The position numbers and the translations under genes are program-made. A stretch of 46,660 nucleotides of DNA from Gemmatimonadota bacterium (GTDB taxonomy: Bacteria; Gemmatimonadota; Gemmatimonadetes; Palauibacterales; Palauibacteraceae): assembly GCA_029861425.1 (NCBI GenBank), contig JAOTZH010000003.1, positions 1 to 46,660 of the forward strand, written 5' to 3'. Under the pieces are notes generated by a model. The model was not told the origin of the DNA and searched no databases. It saw only the letters and a program-made list of their open reading frames with translations. This document shows, piece by piece, positions 1-7,751 of the stretch (position 1 is its first letter; every line of letters begins with the position of its first letter).

Positions 1-2
1 AC

Positions 3-593
3 TTGCTCTGTCCGACCGGGTTCTCGGTGCGCTGGAACGGGAGGCGGGATCTCGAAAGCATCAGCTTCAAATGGGATGACACGCCGCACGAAGCGGTGGC
101 GTCGCACTTCGGAAGCGGCGTGCTCACCTTCACCCCGGGGTACCTCTTCCGAACGACGAAGGATCACAACATGTGGGTGAAGGGTGCCCCGAACATGCCC
201 AAGGACGGGATCGTCCCCCTCGAGGGTGTGATAGAGACCGACTGGGCCCCATTCTCTTTCACGATGAACTGGAAGATCACACGTCCCAAGCACTGGATTC
301 GGTTCGACAAGGGCGAACCGATCGCGCGGCTCGTGCCGTTCCCGCGCCATTACCTCGAGAGCTACCGGCCGCGGATGGCTCCGATCGCGAGCGACACCCG
401 GATCTTCACCCAGTATGAGCAATGGAGAGAGTCACGCTCGCAGTTCATCGAGGACCTCGCCGCGCAGGAGGAGGAAGCGGTCCAGTCCGGCTGGCAACGG
501 ACATACGTGCGCGGCGAAAACATGCGGGGAACCAAGATGCAGGATCACCAGACGAAGCTGCATCTGCGGGAGTTCATCCCACCAGGCGACTGA
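3..593 (+). CDS. DUF6065 family protein (5'-truncated by window edge)
   Basis: Motifs SHFGSGVLTF, GYLFRT, G.PN.PKDGI.PL.GV.ETDW.PF.FTMNW are characteristic of DUF6065; ORF is open from the window start. Confidence 0.8.
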   Translation: MLCPTGFSVRWNGRRDLESISFKWDDTPHEAVASHFGSGVLTFTPGYLFRTTKDHNMWVKGAPNMPKDGIVPLEGVIETDWAPFSFTMNWKITRPKHWIRFDKGEPIARLVPFPRHYLESYRPRMAPIASDTRIFTQYEQWRESRSQFIEDLAAQEEEAVQSGWQRTYVRGENMRGTKMQDHQTKLHLREFIPPGD

Positions 594-630
594 GTCCCGC
601 TGCATGGCCCGCCGAGGTTCGCCTGGACAG

Positions 631-760
631 GCTAACTGTAGCTCGCTAGTCCCGGGAGGGGACTTGCCGTCGAGACAGTCGTGCCAAACACTACTCCCAT
701 AGTCGTGCCAGCATTCATAGTCGAGTGAGCGTTGCCCGAAACGGGCAGACTCGAGTCGTG
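631..760. promoter_or_regulatory. Repeat-rich putative operator/promoter region
   Basis: AGTCGTGCCA direct repeat at 677-686 and 701-710; CATAGTCG at 698-705 and 716-723; inverted ACTA-N6-TAGT at 690-703; hairpin TGCCCG-AAA-CGGGCA at 733-747. Confidence 0.4.
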
Positions 761-776
761 TGGGGGGGTGGTGAAG

Positions 777-1019
777 ATGAGGATACGAGAGCTCCCGGAT
801 CTCATGGATGTCGCACCGGCTCCGCGACCCGTTCTCCGCGCGCGGGAGCCCCGACCGAGTTCGGTCAGACCCGCCCCAACGTTCCTGCTGGTCGCCGGTC
901 TGGCGGTCCTGGCCCTCGTGGACTGGCGGGCGACACTCGGCGTCGCCCTGGTCTGCGTCGCCCGAGACGTACAGCTCCGAAACACTCTCAGAGGCGTCCT
1001 CCCGATCAGGGGCCGCTAG
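777..1019 (+). CDS. Small hypothetical membrane protein (~80 aa)
   Basis: ATG at 777; hydrophobic stretch TFLLVAGLAVLALVDWRATLGVALVCVA; co-oriented with neighbours. Confidence 0.5.
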   Translation: MRIRELPDLMDVAPAPRPVLRAREPRPSSVRPAPTFLLVAGLAVLALVDWRATLGVALVCVARDVQLRNTLRGVLPIRGR

Positions 1020-1092
1020 CGCGCTCCCTCCATTGGGGCAGCTATATCCGCGGGGGGGCGATTACGAGGTGGGCGGGCTAAGGGAGATGCAT

Positions 1093-1560
1093 ATGAGCGA
1101 TAGACGGATAGCGCGACCGTTGTTGACCAGGCGCGAGCTGTCTTTCAGGCAGCGCCTCGACTACCTCGAGTTGGGTCTCCGGGCCGAAGTCGGGCTCGAG
1201 GAGGCCATCCGACTCCTATCGCCGCGCGACAGTCACGAAGCCGACCCCAGTCACCTCGAGCGCCTCTATCGTTCCGTAAGACGGCTCGACGGCGCATGGC
1301 TGACCGTCCATGCCGATCTGACCTCCTTTATATCGGGGGATCTCAAAGTCAGACCGCCCGCGCGGTGCGTCAGTCGCAGAGTGGACGAGCGGACAGCGCT
1401 GCTCTCGTCCATGCCTGGGGACGTGCTCCCTTCGGTCGTGCTGACTCTGGCGGGAGACATCATCGATCGATGGGCCTCGACTCGGCCATGTGGTGGACTC
1501 GAAGAGGAGAGGGGCGCGGCCGAGCGGCATCGCTCGGGACTGGATGCACGCGAGATGTGA
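1093..1560 (+). CDS. Hypothetical alpha-helical protein A1 (paralog of 2439-2969)
   Basis: AGGGAG RBS at 1081-1086 then ATG at 1093 (alternative ATG 1087); ungapped similarity to the 2439-2969 protein (RLDYLE.GL..E.GL.EA.R.L, RRL..A...VH.DL.S..S.D.K.R) supports that both are coding. Confidence 0.75.
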   Translation: MSDRRIARPLLTRRELSFRQRLDYLELGLRAEVGLEEAIRLLSPRDSHEADPSHLERLYRSVRRLDGAWLTVHADLTSFISGDLKVRPPARCVSRRVDERTALLSSMPGDVLPSVVLTLAGDIIDRWASTRPCGGLEEERGAAERHRSGLDAREM

Positions 1561-1657
1561 GGATTTCGGACCTTGACGATAGACCGGCGTCGGAAGGCGG
1601 CAGGGACCGCCGTTCGGGCGAACAGACGAGGGCACCCGACGGGTTAGGGGGGCGGAC

Positions 1658-1891
1658 GTGGACACGAAAGAGATGTGCGATCGGGCGGCGATTCGTAACG
1701 CACTGGCGCCGCGAGAGCGCCAGGTACTCACAGAGCTTCTGGACGGGCGCACCGAAGCGACGATCGCCCGTCGTCTGGCGATCTCCCCACACACGGTGCA
1801 CGCACATATACGGAGCGTCTATTTAAAGCTGAGGGTCCACAATCGGGTCGAGCTAGTCCGGCGAGTCCTTTCACACCACGAAACTGCCTGA
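1658..1891 (+). CDS. Stand-alone LuxR/GerE-type HTH transcriptional regulator L1
   Basis: L.PRE.QVL..LLDG.T...IA..L.IS..TV..H...VY.KL.V..R.EL matches the LuxR C-terminal HTH; no receiver or sensor domain. Confidence 0.9.
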   Translation: MDTKEMCDRAAIRNALAPRERQVLTELLDGRTEATIARRLAISPHTVHAHIRSVYLKLRVHNRVELVRRVLSHHETA

Positions 1892-2013
1892 AGATCGGGA
1901 CATAATGTCGGATACTGAACCATGGTGTAAGGAAAGTTCGGGGTCGGGCCACTAACAGTCTGGAGCCAGGGTGGCGAGGGGAGTGAGAGGTGGCGTGAAC
2001 CAGGGGAAGGGCG

Positions 2014-2241
2014 ATGGACACGAGAGAGCTCACCGAGCGGGCGGCGCAGCGAATCCCATTGGGCCCCCGCGAGATGGAAGTCCTGGAGAAACTGCTTGAC
2101 GGAGAGACGGAACGGGCGATCGGCCGGGCCCTCGACATTTCCACCCATACCGTTCACTCCCACGCCCGCAGTCTCTATCTGAAGTTCGATGTCCATAGCC
2201 GCCTCGAGCTCTTCCGGACCCTTGTCCTGAACAGCGGATAG
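2014..2241 (+). CDS. Stand-alone LuxR/GerE-type HTH transcriptional regulator L2
   Basis: Same HTH signature; 41/75 residues identical to L1 in an ungapped manual alignment. Confidence 0.9.
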   Translation: MDTRELTERAAQRIPLGPREMEVLEKLLDGETERAIGRALDISTHTVHSHARSLYLKFDVHSRLELFRTLVLNSG

Positions 2242-2438
2242 CGGACGGCCACACCCCGTAAACTGCCGGTACGCCCCCCCCAAGACAGTCGCCCGAACCG
2301 GCTACTCCGCACGTGTCAGACTCTCATCACTAGGCCATATATGCGGCTTGCGAGCGACATATGCGGTCCGGACACTATCTGCGTGGCTGGCGGGGACAAC
2401 CCTCGCCTCTGTGAGGGGCTGGGGGATGGGGGGGCCGG

Positions 2439-2969
2439 GTGGATCACGGACACGACGCAGACAGGCCCGCTCGCAAAGTCGCGAGGAGGGACGCGAGTCT
2501 CCGGGAGCGACTCGACTACCTCGAGTCCGGGCTGGCCACGGAGCTGGGACTGCGCGAGGCCGTGCGGAGACTGGGTCTCCAGGGACTCAAGGCCGAAGAG
2601 CCCTGCCAACGGGACCGCCTCGAGGTCCGTATCCGTCGACTCGAAACCGCCTGCGACGACGTACACGACGATCTGATCTCCTACCTCAGTCGGGACGGAA
2701 AGCTCAGACGGCTGGCGTCGGCGGACTCCGAGATGATCCGCGCGCGCGCCCAGCAGTTGATCGGCCTTCCGAGCGACTCCGTTCCCTACGAGATCCTGGA
2801 GATCGCCAAGGAGCTGGTTGAGGCGTGGGGTCTCGCGTATTTGGAGGCAGAGGCTCGGGGCAGCCCCGAAAGTGCATCGCCATCCGAGGGGCACCCCGAC
2901 CGCATCGAGAGCGAGAGGCCCAGCGCGAACGCGCCCCCCACGCGTCCTGGTATCGGTCGCACCGCATGA
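2439..2969 (+). CDS. Hypothetical alpha-helical protein A2 (paralog of 1093-1560)
   Basis: GTG start; 45/115 ungapped identity with A1; its TGA overlaps the ATG of the next gene (ATGA at 2966-2969). Confidence 0.8.
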   Translation: MDHGHDADRPARKVARRDASLRERLDYLESGLATELGLREAVRRLGLQGLKAEEPCQRDRLEVRIRRLETACDDVHDDLISYLSRDGKLRRLASADSEMIRARAQQLIGLPSDSVPYEILEIAKELVEAWGLAYLEAEARGSPESASPSEGHPDRIESERPSANAPPTRPGIGRTA

Positions 2970-4681
2970 GCCGCGGCCGCCGTGGTGATCTGGACTCCGG
3001 GGAGCTCTACGAGACTCTCAGGAGCCGGGCGTCGCCGGAAGAGAATACGCCGCCCCGACGAGCCGTCTTTCTGACACTCGCCTGTCTGCTGGCCGCGATG
3101 ACAGTGAGCCTGACGGACCTCGGCTCCGCCGCCCGCTACTCGAGCTTCGTCTGGATCCTGGCGATTCTGCCGGTCTTCCTGCTGTCCTATTACCGGGGTT
3201 GGCAGGGGGCCAGCCTCGCGGCCGTCTTCGGCATGCTCGCCCTGACTGCCGTCGAGGTGATCGGCCGCGTTCAGGGTGGTGCGATCGACTGGTGGCTCGT
3301 CGGTACGGCGACGACGCTACTGGTCCCGATCACCATCGGTTCGGGCATGGTGAGCGAGGTCCTCCGGCGGCAGCGGGCACTCGCCATGGAAATGGCGTAT
3401 GGCGACCCTATGACGAACGTCGCGAACCGGCGGTGGCTCCGGGAGGCCGTCGCCCAGGCGATCAAGGAGGCGCAGGAGAACAACGTAGGTGTCGGCCTGA
3501 TCTTCCTGGATCTCGTGGACTTCAAGCGGGTGAACGACCGCCATGGTCATGTGGTAGGGGATGAGGCCCTCCGACAGCTCGCCGACAGGCTGGTGGGCGG
3601 CTGCCGTGGTGGCGACTCGGTCGCTCGCGTGGGGGGAGACGAGTTCGTCATCTGTTGCGCCCGCCTGACTTCGATCGACACGGCGGTGAGGATCGCCAAC
3701 CGTACGCTGGATTCCCTCTCGCACCCGGTCCGCGCCGCCGGACACGAGATCTATCTCAGGGCCCGCATCGGCGTAGCGTGGTACCCTGAGCACGCCGCGA
3801 CCTTCGATGAGCTCCTCTCGCATGCGGATCCCGCGTCGACCGGGCGCGGAAAGCCCGCTGGAGGCGAGATCGTGGTCTTCAACCCGACCGAGGACGCGTC
3901 CGCCGAGGACCGCCAGCTGATCGAGCGCGACCTGCGTCAGGCCGTGAGGAACGACGGCCTGTTCCTCGCGCTGCAGCCCATCGTCACCGCCGGCAGCACG
4001 TCGATCGTCGGTGCCGAAGCGCTCGCGAGACTCGACCACCCGCGTCTGGGCATGGTACAGGCACATGCGTTCGTCGCCACCGCCCGGGCCACCGGGCTGA
4101 TCTACGAGCTCGACATGGCGGTCCTCGACATGGCCATACGACAGGCTCGGCCAGACAAAGGCGCGGGGCTCGAATGGCTCGCCGTCAACGTGTCCTACGA
4201 ATCGCTGTCGACGTACGGCTTCCTCCAGGAGCTCGAGAGGTTGCTCGACGTGCACGAGCTACCCGCCGAGCGACTCGTCGTCGAGGTCTCGACTGGCCCG
4301 GCGATCCGGAACTCGGACTGGATCACTGCCACCCTCCAGTCGGTCCGGGGCCTCGGCGTCCGTCTGGCGCTCGACAATTTCGGACCCCGCACGTTCTCGC
4401 TCGCGTACCTGGAAGACGTCGAGGCCGACTTCATCAAACTGGATCGATCTCTCGTCCAGGGGGTCGGCTCGATCCCGCAGAACGAGCGGGTGGCGCGCGG
4501 GATCATCGGGCTGGCCGATGCACTGGACATCACCACCACGGCGGTCGGTGTCGAAACTCCCGAACAGCTCTGCTGGTTGCGTGACAACGGGTGCACACTC
4601 CTCCAGGGATTCCTCACCGGGCACCCGATCCGGGCATCGGACTGGGCGACGGCGACCGCGGACCAGGCAGTCGCCGGATGA
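2966..4681 (+). CDS. Membrane-anchored GGDEF-EAL protein (diguanylate cyclase with degenerate EAL domain)
   Basis: About 4 N-terminal TM helices; DPMT.VANRR, DL.DFK.VND.HGH..GD, RGGD I-site, RVGGDEF; C-terminal LQPIV..AEALAR, AVNVS, IKLDRS, LLQGF. Confidence 0.92.
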   Translation: MSRGRRGDLDSGELYETLRSRASPEENTPPRRAVFLTLACLLAAMTVSLTDLGSAARYSSFVWILAILPVFLLSYYRGWQGASLAAVFGMLALTAVEVIGRVQGGAIDWWLVGTATTLLVPITIGSGMVSEVLRRQRALAMEMAYGDPMTNVANRRWLREAVAQAIKEAQENNVGVGLIFLDLVDFKRVNDRHGHVVGDEALRQLADRLVGGCRGGDSVARVGGDEFVICCARLTSIDTAVRIANRTLDSLSHPVRAAGHEIYLRARIGVAWYPEHAATFDELLSHADPASTGRGKPAGGEIVVFNPTEDASAEDRQLIERDLRQAVRNDGLFLALQPIVTAGSTSIVGAEALARLDHPRLGMVQAHAFVATARATGLIYELDMAVLDMAIRQARPDKGAGLEWLAVNVSYESLSTYGFLQELERLLDVHELPAERLVVEVSTGPAIRNSDWITATLQSVRGLGVRLALDNFGPRTFSLAYLEDVEADFIKLDRSLVQGVGSIPQNERVARGIIGLADALDITTTAVGVETPEQLCWLRDNGCTLLQGFLTGHPIRASDWATATADQAVAG

Positions 4682-4715
4682 CCTCGCCGAAAGAGGCTAG
4701 TGGCTGTCGGCTAGC

Positions 4716-4743
4716 GACTATCGGCGATCGCGAGCCGATAGTC
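4716..4743. terminator. Hairpin between convergent genes (possible bidirectional terminator)
   Basis: Perfect 10-bp stem GACTATCGGC / GCCGATAGTC with 8-nt loop; no U-tract. Confidence 0.5.
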
Positions 4744-6049
4744 AGGACGAGCCACGGATCTGGTTCCCCGCGATCCAGACCGATTCGATCGATCTGAGGT
4801 TGGCGATGTCGGACAGGGGGTCGGCTCCAAGGATCAGGAAGTCCGCCCACTTGCCCGGCGTCAGCGTGCCGATGTCGTCGCGACCGATGCAACGTGCCGC
4901 GTCGCCGGTCGCCGCGACCAGGATATCCGCGGGTGACATACCCGCTTCCGCCATCAGCGCCAGCTCCATGTGCTCGTAGAAGCCCTGGAAGCGCCCGGGC
5001 GGCCCCGTGTCGGTGCCCATGGCGATCGTCACGCCCGCGTCCGAGAGGGCTTTCACGTTCGACTGGGCCTGGCGAAGGGCGGCCTTGTAGGCCTGGGCGG
5101 TCGCGCTGTTGCGGACGCGTTCCTGGCGTTCCGGGGCCTGGAGCGCTTCGACTACCGCGGGATCGGCCTCCGCGAGGAAGAACGGGTCGGAAAAGAAGTC
5201 CGGAGTGTCCTCGTAGACGAACGTGGTGACTTCGCGGGCTAGCGTCGGCGAGTAGCAGACGTCCGCCTCGACCAGAGCCCGCGCCAGCTCACCGTCGACG
5301 TCGGTGTCACGAACGCTGTGGACTACGAAGTCGACCCCCGCGGCCAGCAGGCCCTTCGCGTCGTCCAGGTAGAAAAGGTGCGCCGCGACAGGGAGCCCCA
5401 CCTCGTGGGCGCGGTCGATGACCGCCTGGTAGATCTCGGGGGTCATCTTCGCCGTGGCTCCCAGGTTGTCGTCGACGCGGATCTTGATGAAGTCTGCACC
5501 GAGCGCCGCGTTGCCGTCGATCATCTCGCGGACGGCGCTCTCGGTCTCGCCGGCGACGACGGCCCCGGCGACGTACAGGCGCGCCCGGTCGAGATCGGCC
5601 GAGTCCTGCTCATCCCGCACGACGACGCCCTCCTCGGCATCTCCCCCCAGGCTCAGAACGGTCGTAACTCCGTAGCGTGCGTAGAGCCCCAGCTGGGCGA
5701 GCACGTTCTCGCGCGAGTAGTGGCCGGCCTCGAGTCCGCGTGTGTCCCCCACGTGGCCGTGGGCATTGATCAGGCCGGGCACGAGGTAGCGTCCGGTGAC
5801 GTCGATGATCGCCGCTCCCTCGGGGACGGTTACCTCATCCGCCCCTCCCACCGCGGCAATCCGCCCGTCGGCCCCCACCACCATGACGCCATTCACGATG
5901 GGGCCACCACCACCGCCATCCACGATCGTGGCGCCGACGTAGGCTCTCCCGCTTCTTTCGTCCGACGCGGTCGTGGGCGCCTCCTCCGTGGGGGCGCACG
6001 CCGTGACGACGAGCAGAGTCGCTGTAGAGACGCGGTTGCTAACAGACAC
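4742..6049 (-). CDS. Amidohydrolase family lipoprotein (imidazolonepropionase-like)
   Basis: PGLINAHGH metal motif, FIKIRVDD, AAH, VH, MGTDTG, G.L.PGK.ADF; GTG start with GGGAGG RBS; lipobox-like VTAC. Confidence 0.85.
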   Translation of the reverse strand: MSVSNRVSTATLLVVTACAPTEEAPTTASDERSGRAYVGATIVDGGGGGPIVNGVMVVGADGRIAAVGGADEVTVPEGAAIIDVTGRYLVPGLINAHGHVGDTRGLEAGHYSRENVLAQLGLYARYGVTTVLSLGGDAEEGVVVRDEQDSADLDRARLYVAGAVVAGETESAVREMIDGNAALGADFIKIRVDDNLGATAKMTPEIYQAVIDRAHEVGLPVAAHLFYLDDAKGLLAAGVDFVVHSVRDTDVDGELARALVEADVCYSPTLAREVTTFVYEDTPDFFSDPFFLAEADPAVVEALQAPERQERVRNSATAQAYKAALRQAQSNVKALSDAGVTIAMGTDTGPPGRFQGFYEHMELALMAEAGMSPADILVAATGDAARCIGRDDIGTLTPGKWADFLILGADPLSDIANLRSIESVWIAGNQIRGSS

Positions 6050-6137
6050 GCTTTCCTCCCTAGTCGGATCGGATGTGGTCGAAGCAACGTCGACACCGCT
6101 CCGGGCGCCGGCCAGACCCGCTGCGGAGGTCGACCAC

Positions 6138-6311
6138 CTACCCCGCCATCTCCGCCTCGAGTCGCGTCGCCACCTCGGGCGAGAACTCCAGTTGCGTCGC
6201 GAGGCTCGAGAGGATCGACCGCTCGCGCTCCGAGACGTCCCTATCTTCGAGCGCCCCCTCCAGCGCCGCCCGATACACCTGGTGCTTCTGACGGTCCCGG
6301 TACTCCGGGTT
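6138..6311 (-). pseudogene. Start-less 57-codon gene remnant resembling a TerB-like C-terminal helical domain
   Basis: The minus-strand frame between TGA (6312-6314) and TAG (6138-6140) reads NPEYRDRQKHQVYRAALEGALEDRDVSERERSILSSLATQLEFSPEVATRLEAEMAG; protein-like; not in the ORF track. Confidence 0.55.
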
Positions 6312-6443
6312 TCACTCCGCACGCACTCTCAAGCCCGCGGCCGGAGAGGCCGTCATTCGAACCGCCGTGGGGCGTTCATCGGGCGATATCAGCCGGGGCT
6401 GACGCCCTGCGCTCCCGACGCCGCGCGGGTGGGCGGGCCTCCT

Positions 6444-7145
6444 CTAGACTGTGAGGAGGGGTCGGTTCTCGAAGGGCTGCTCGCGATAGGTCGAGTTGCC
6501 GAATCGTGTGAGGGCCTGGATCTCGCCGAGGACGCGGACGGCGCCCGTCTTCTCCGCGGTGCGGGCCGACGGCCGGTTCGACGGAGAGATCGCGCGCCAA
6601 CCCAGGTCGAATCCCGCTTCCCGGGTCCACGCGAGTCGCGCGCCGGTCAGCGCAGTCCCGATCCCCGCGCTGCGCTCCCGCCGAATCACGAAGAGATCCC
6701 ACAGGTAGGCAGCACTGTCGGGGAGGGCGAGCGGCAGCCCCTCGATCGACGGGTCGATCCGGGTGGACATCCATGTGTACCCGATCACCCGGTCACCTCT
6801 CCAGGCCAGCAGGCACGCACGCCCCGATCGAGCTCGAAGCTCGAACTGGCGACGGACGGCGCTCGTCAACAGCGGGGCGACCGCATCCCACTCGTCCGCA
6901 AAGGCCGACACCCGGACTCCCTCGGGCACGCGGGCCTCGATCAGCTCGTCGATCCGCTGCTCGATGACGAGATACCGCTCCCGGCGGTACACCCTGCCCG
7001 CCAACCCCCGGGCCACCCTGGACACGAGCTCGCGGGTCCCGGCCGTCTCCCGTCCGACCCGAAGATCACGAACCACGCGCTGGAGGGTTCCCGGCTCGGC
7101 TCGCTCGACGGAGGACTCGACGGACAGGGGTCGGCGCTCGCTCAA
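6444..7145 (-). CDS. GNAT family N-acetyltransferase
   Basis: VIGYTW, AYLWDLFV.R.ERSAGIGTAL (acetyl-CoA motif A), N.PS.R..EK.G; probable TTG start overlapping the upstream stop. Confidence 0.75.
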   Translation of the reverse strand: MSERRPLSVESSVERAEPGTLQRVVRDLRVGRETAGTRELVSRVARGLAGRVYRRERYLVIEQRIDELIEARVPEGVRVSAFADEWDAVAPLLTSAVRRQFELRARSGRACLLAWRGDRVIGYTWMSTRIDPSIEGLPLALPDSAAYLWDLFVIRRERSAGIGTALTGARLAWTREAGFDLGWRAISPSNRPSARTAEKTGAVRVLGEIQALTRFGNSTYREQPFENRPLLTV

Positions 7146-7714
7146 CGAGGGCCGGGGACCAGGCCCTCCGGGATCGTCTGCCCGGGTCCCTCGAAGTCGG
7201 TCGTGATCGCCGCGATCCACCAGCGGACGCCATCGAACGAGAGCTCGATGCTGTCGAGCCCGCGGATCTGTCTCGGTGGGGTCGTCCCGCCGACGAGCGG
7301 CTCGAACACCACCCAGGCGTGTGCGAGCCCCCCGAACTCGTCGACTCGTTTCGCGGCGATGGTCTCGTAGAAACCCTTGTCTTCCAGCTCGGCGTCCCTG
7401 AAGAAGTCTCGCCAATCCTGGATGAAGCCATCCACGGACATCACACGCATCGGCTGGTTCCCCCGCGGAGAGAAGACGATCACGGCTTCCTCCAGGAAGA
7501 CCTCCCGGAACATCTCCCAGTCGGGTTCGGGGCCCGGGCCGAACGAGACCATCTCGTAGAGCGCGTCGATCAGCTGGCCGGGGTCGAGCGCGGCCTGGTC
7601 GATCGAGGGTCGGTCTCGGACATCCTGGGCTCTGAGGGCGGACACGCCCCCGCTCGCTATGAGGACGAAGGCCAGGAGCGTCGTGGAGAATCGTCCCGGG
7701 ATGGTTTCACTCAT
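7142..7714 (-). CDS. Secreted NTF2-like (DUF4440-type) protein
   Basis: Signal peptide ending ALRAQ; IDALYE.VS....PDW..FR.VF, GFYE......D.FG.LAHAW, RG.DSIEL..DG.RWWI pattern. Confidence 0.7.
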   Translation of the reverse strand: MSETIPGRFSTTLLAFVLIASGGVSALRAQDVRDRPSIDQAALDPGQLIDALYEMVSFGPGPEPDWEMFREVFLEEAVIVFSPRGNQPMRVMSVDGFIQDWRDFFRDAELEDKGFYETIAAKRVDEFGGLAHAWVVFEPLVGGTTPPRQIRGLDSIELSFDGVRWWIAAITTDFEGPGQTIPEGLVPGPR

Positions 7715-7751
7715 GATCCTCTCCATGCGGACGGCGCGCTGGCCACCCGGC

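Noticed and set aside
808-1092. Long 250-aa version of A1 starting at 808
   Set aside because: Similarity to A2 begins only after 1093, an RBS lies at 1081-1086, and the upstream part overlaps the small membrane ORF
6050-6322. N-terminal extension of the amidohydrolase ORF (start 6322 in the ORF track)
   Set aside because: Arg/Ser-rich non-protein-like frame; a strong RBS and lipoprotein signal place the start at 6049, and the protein-like signal here is in another frame
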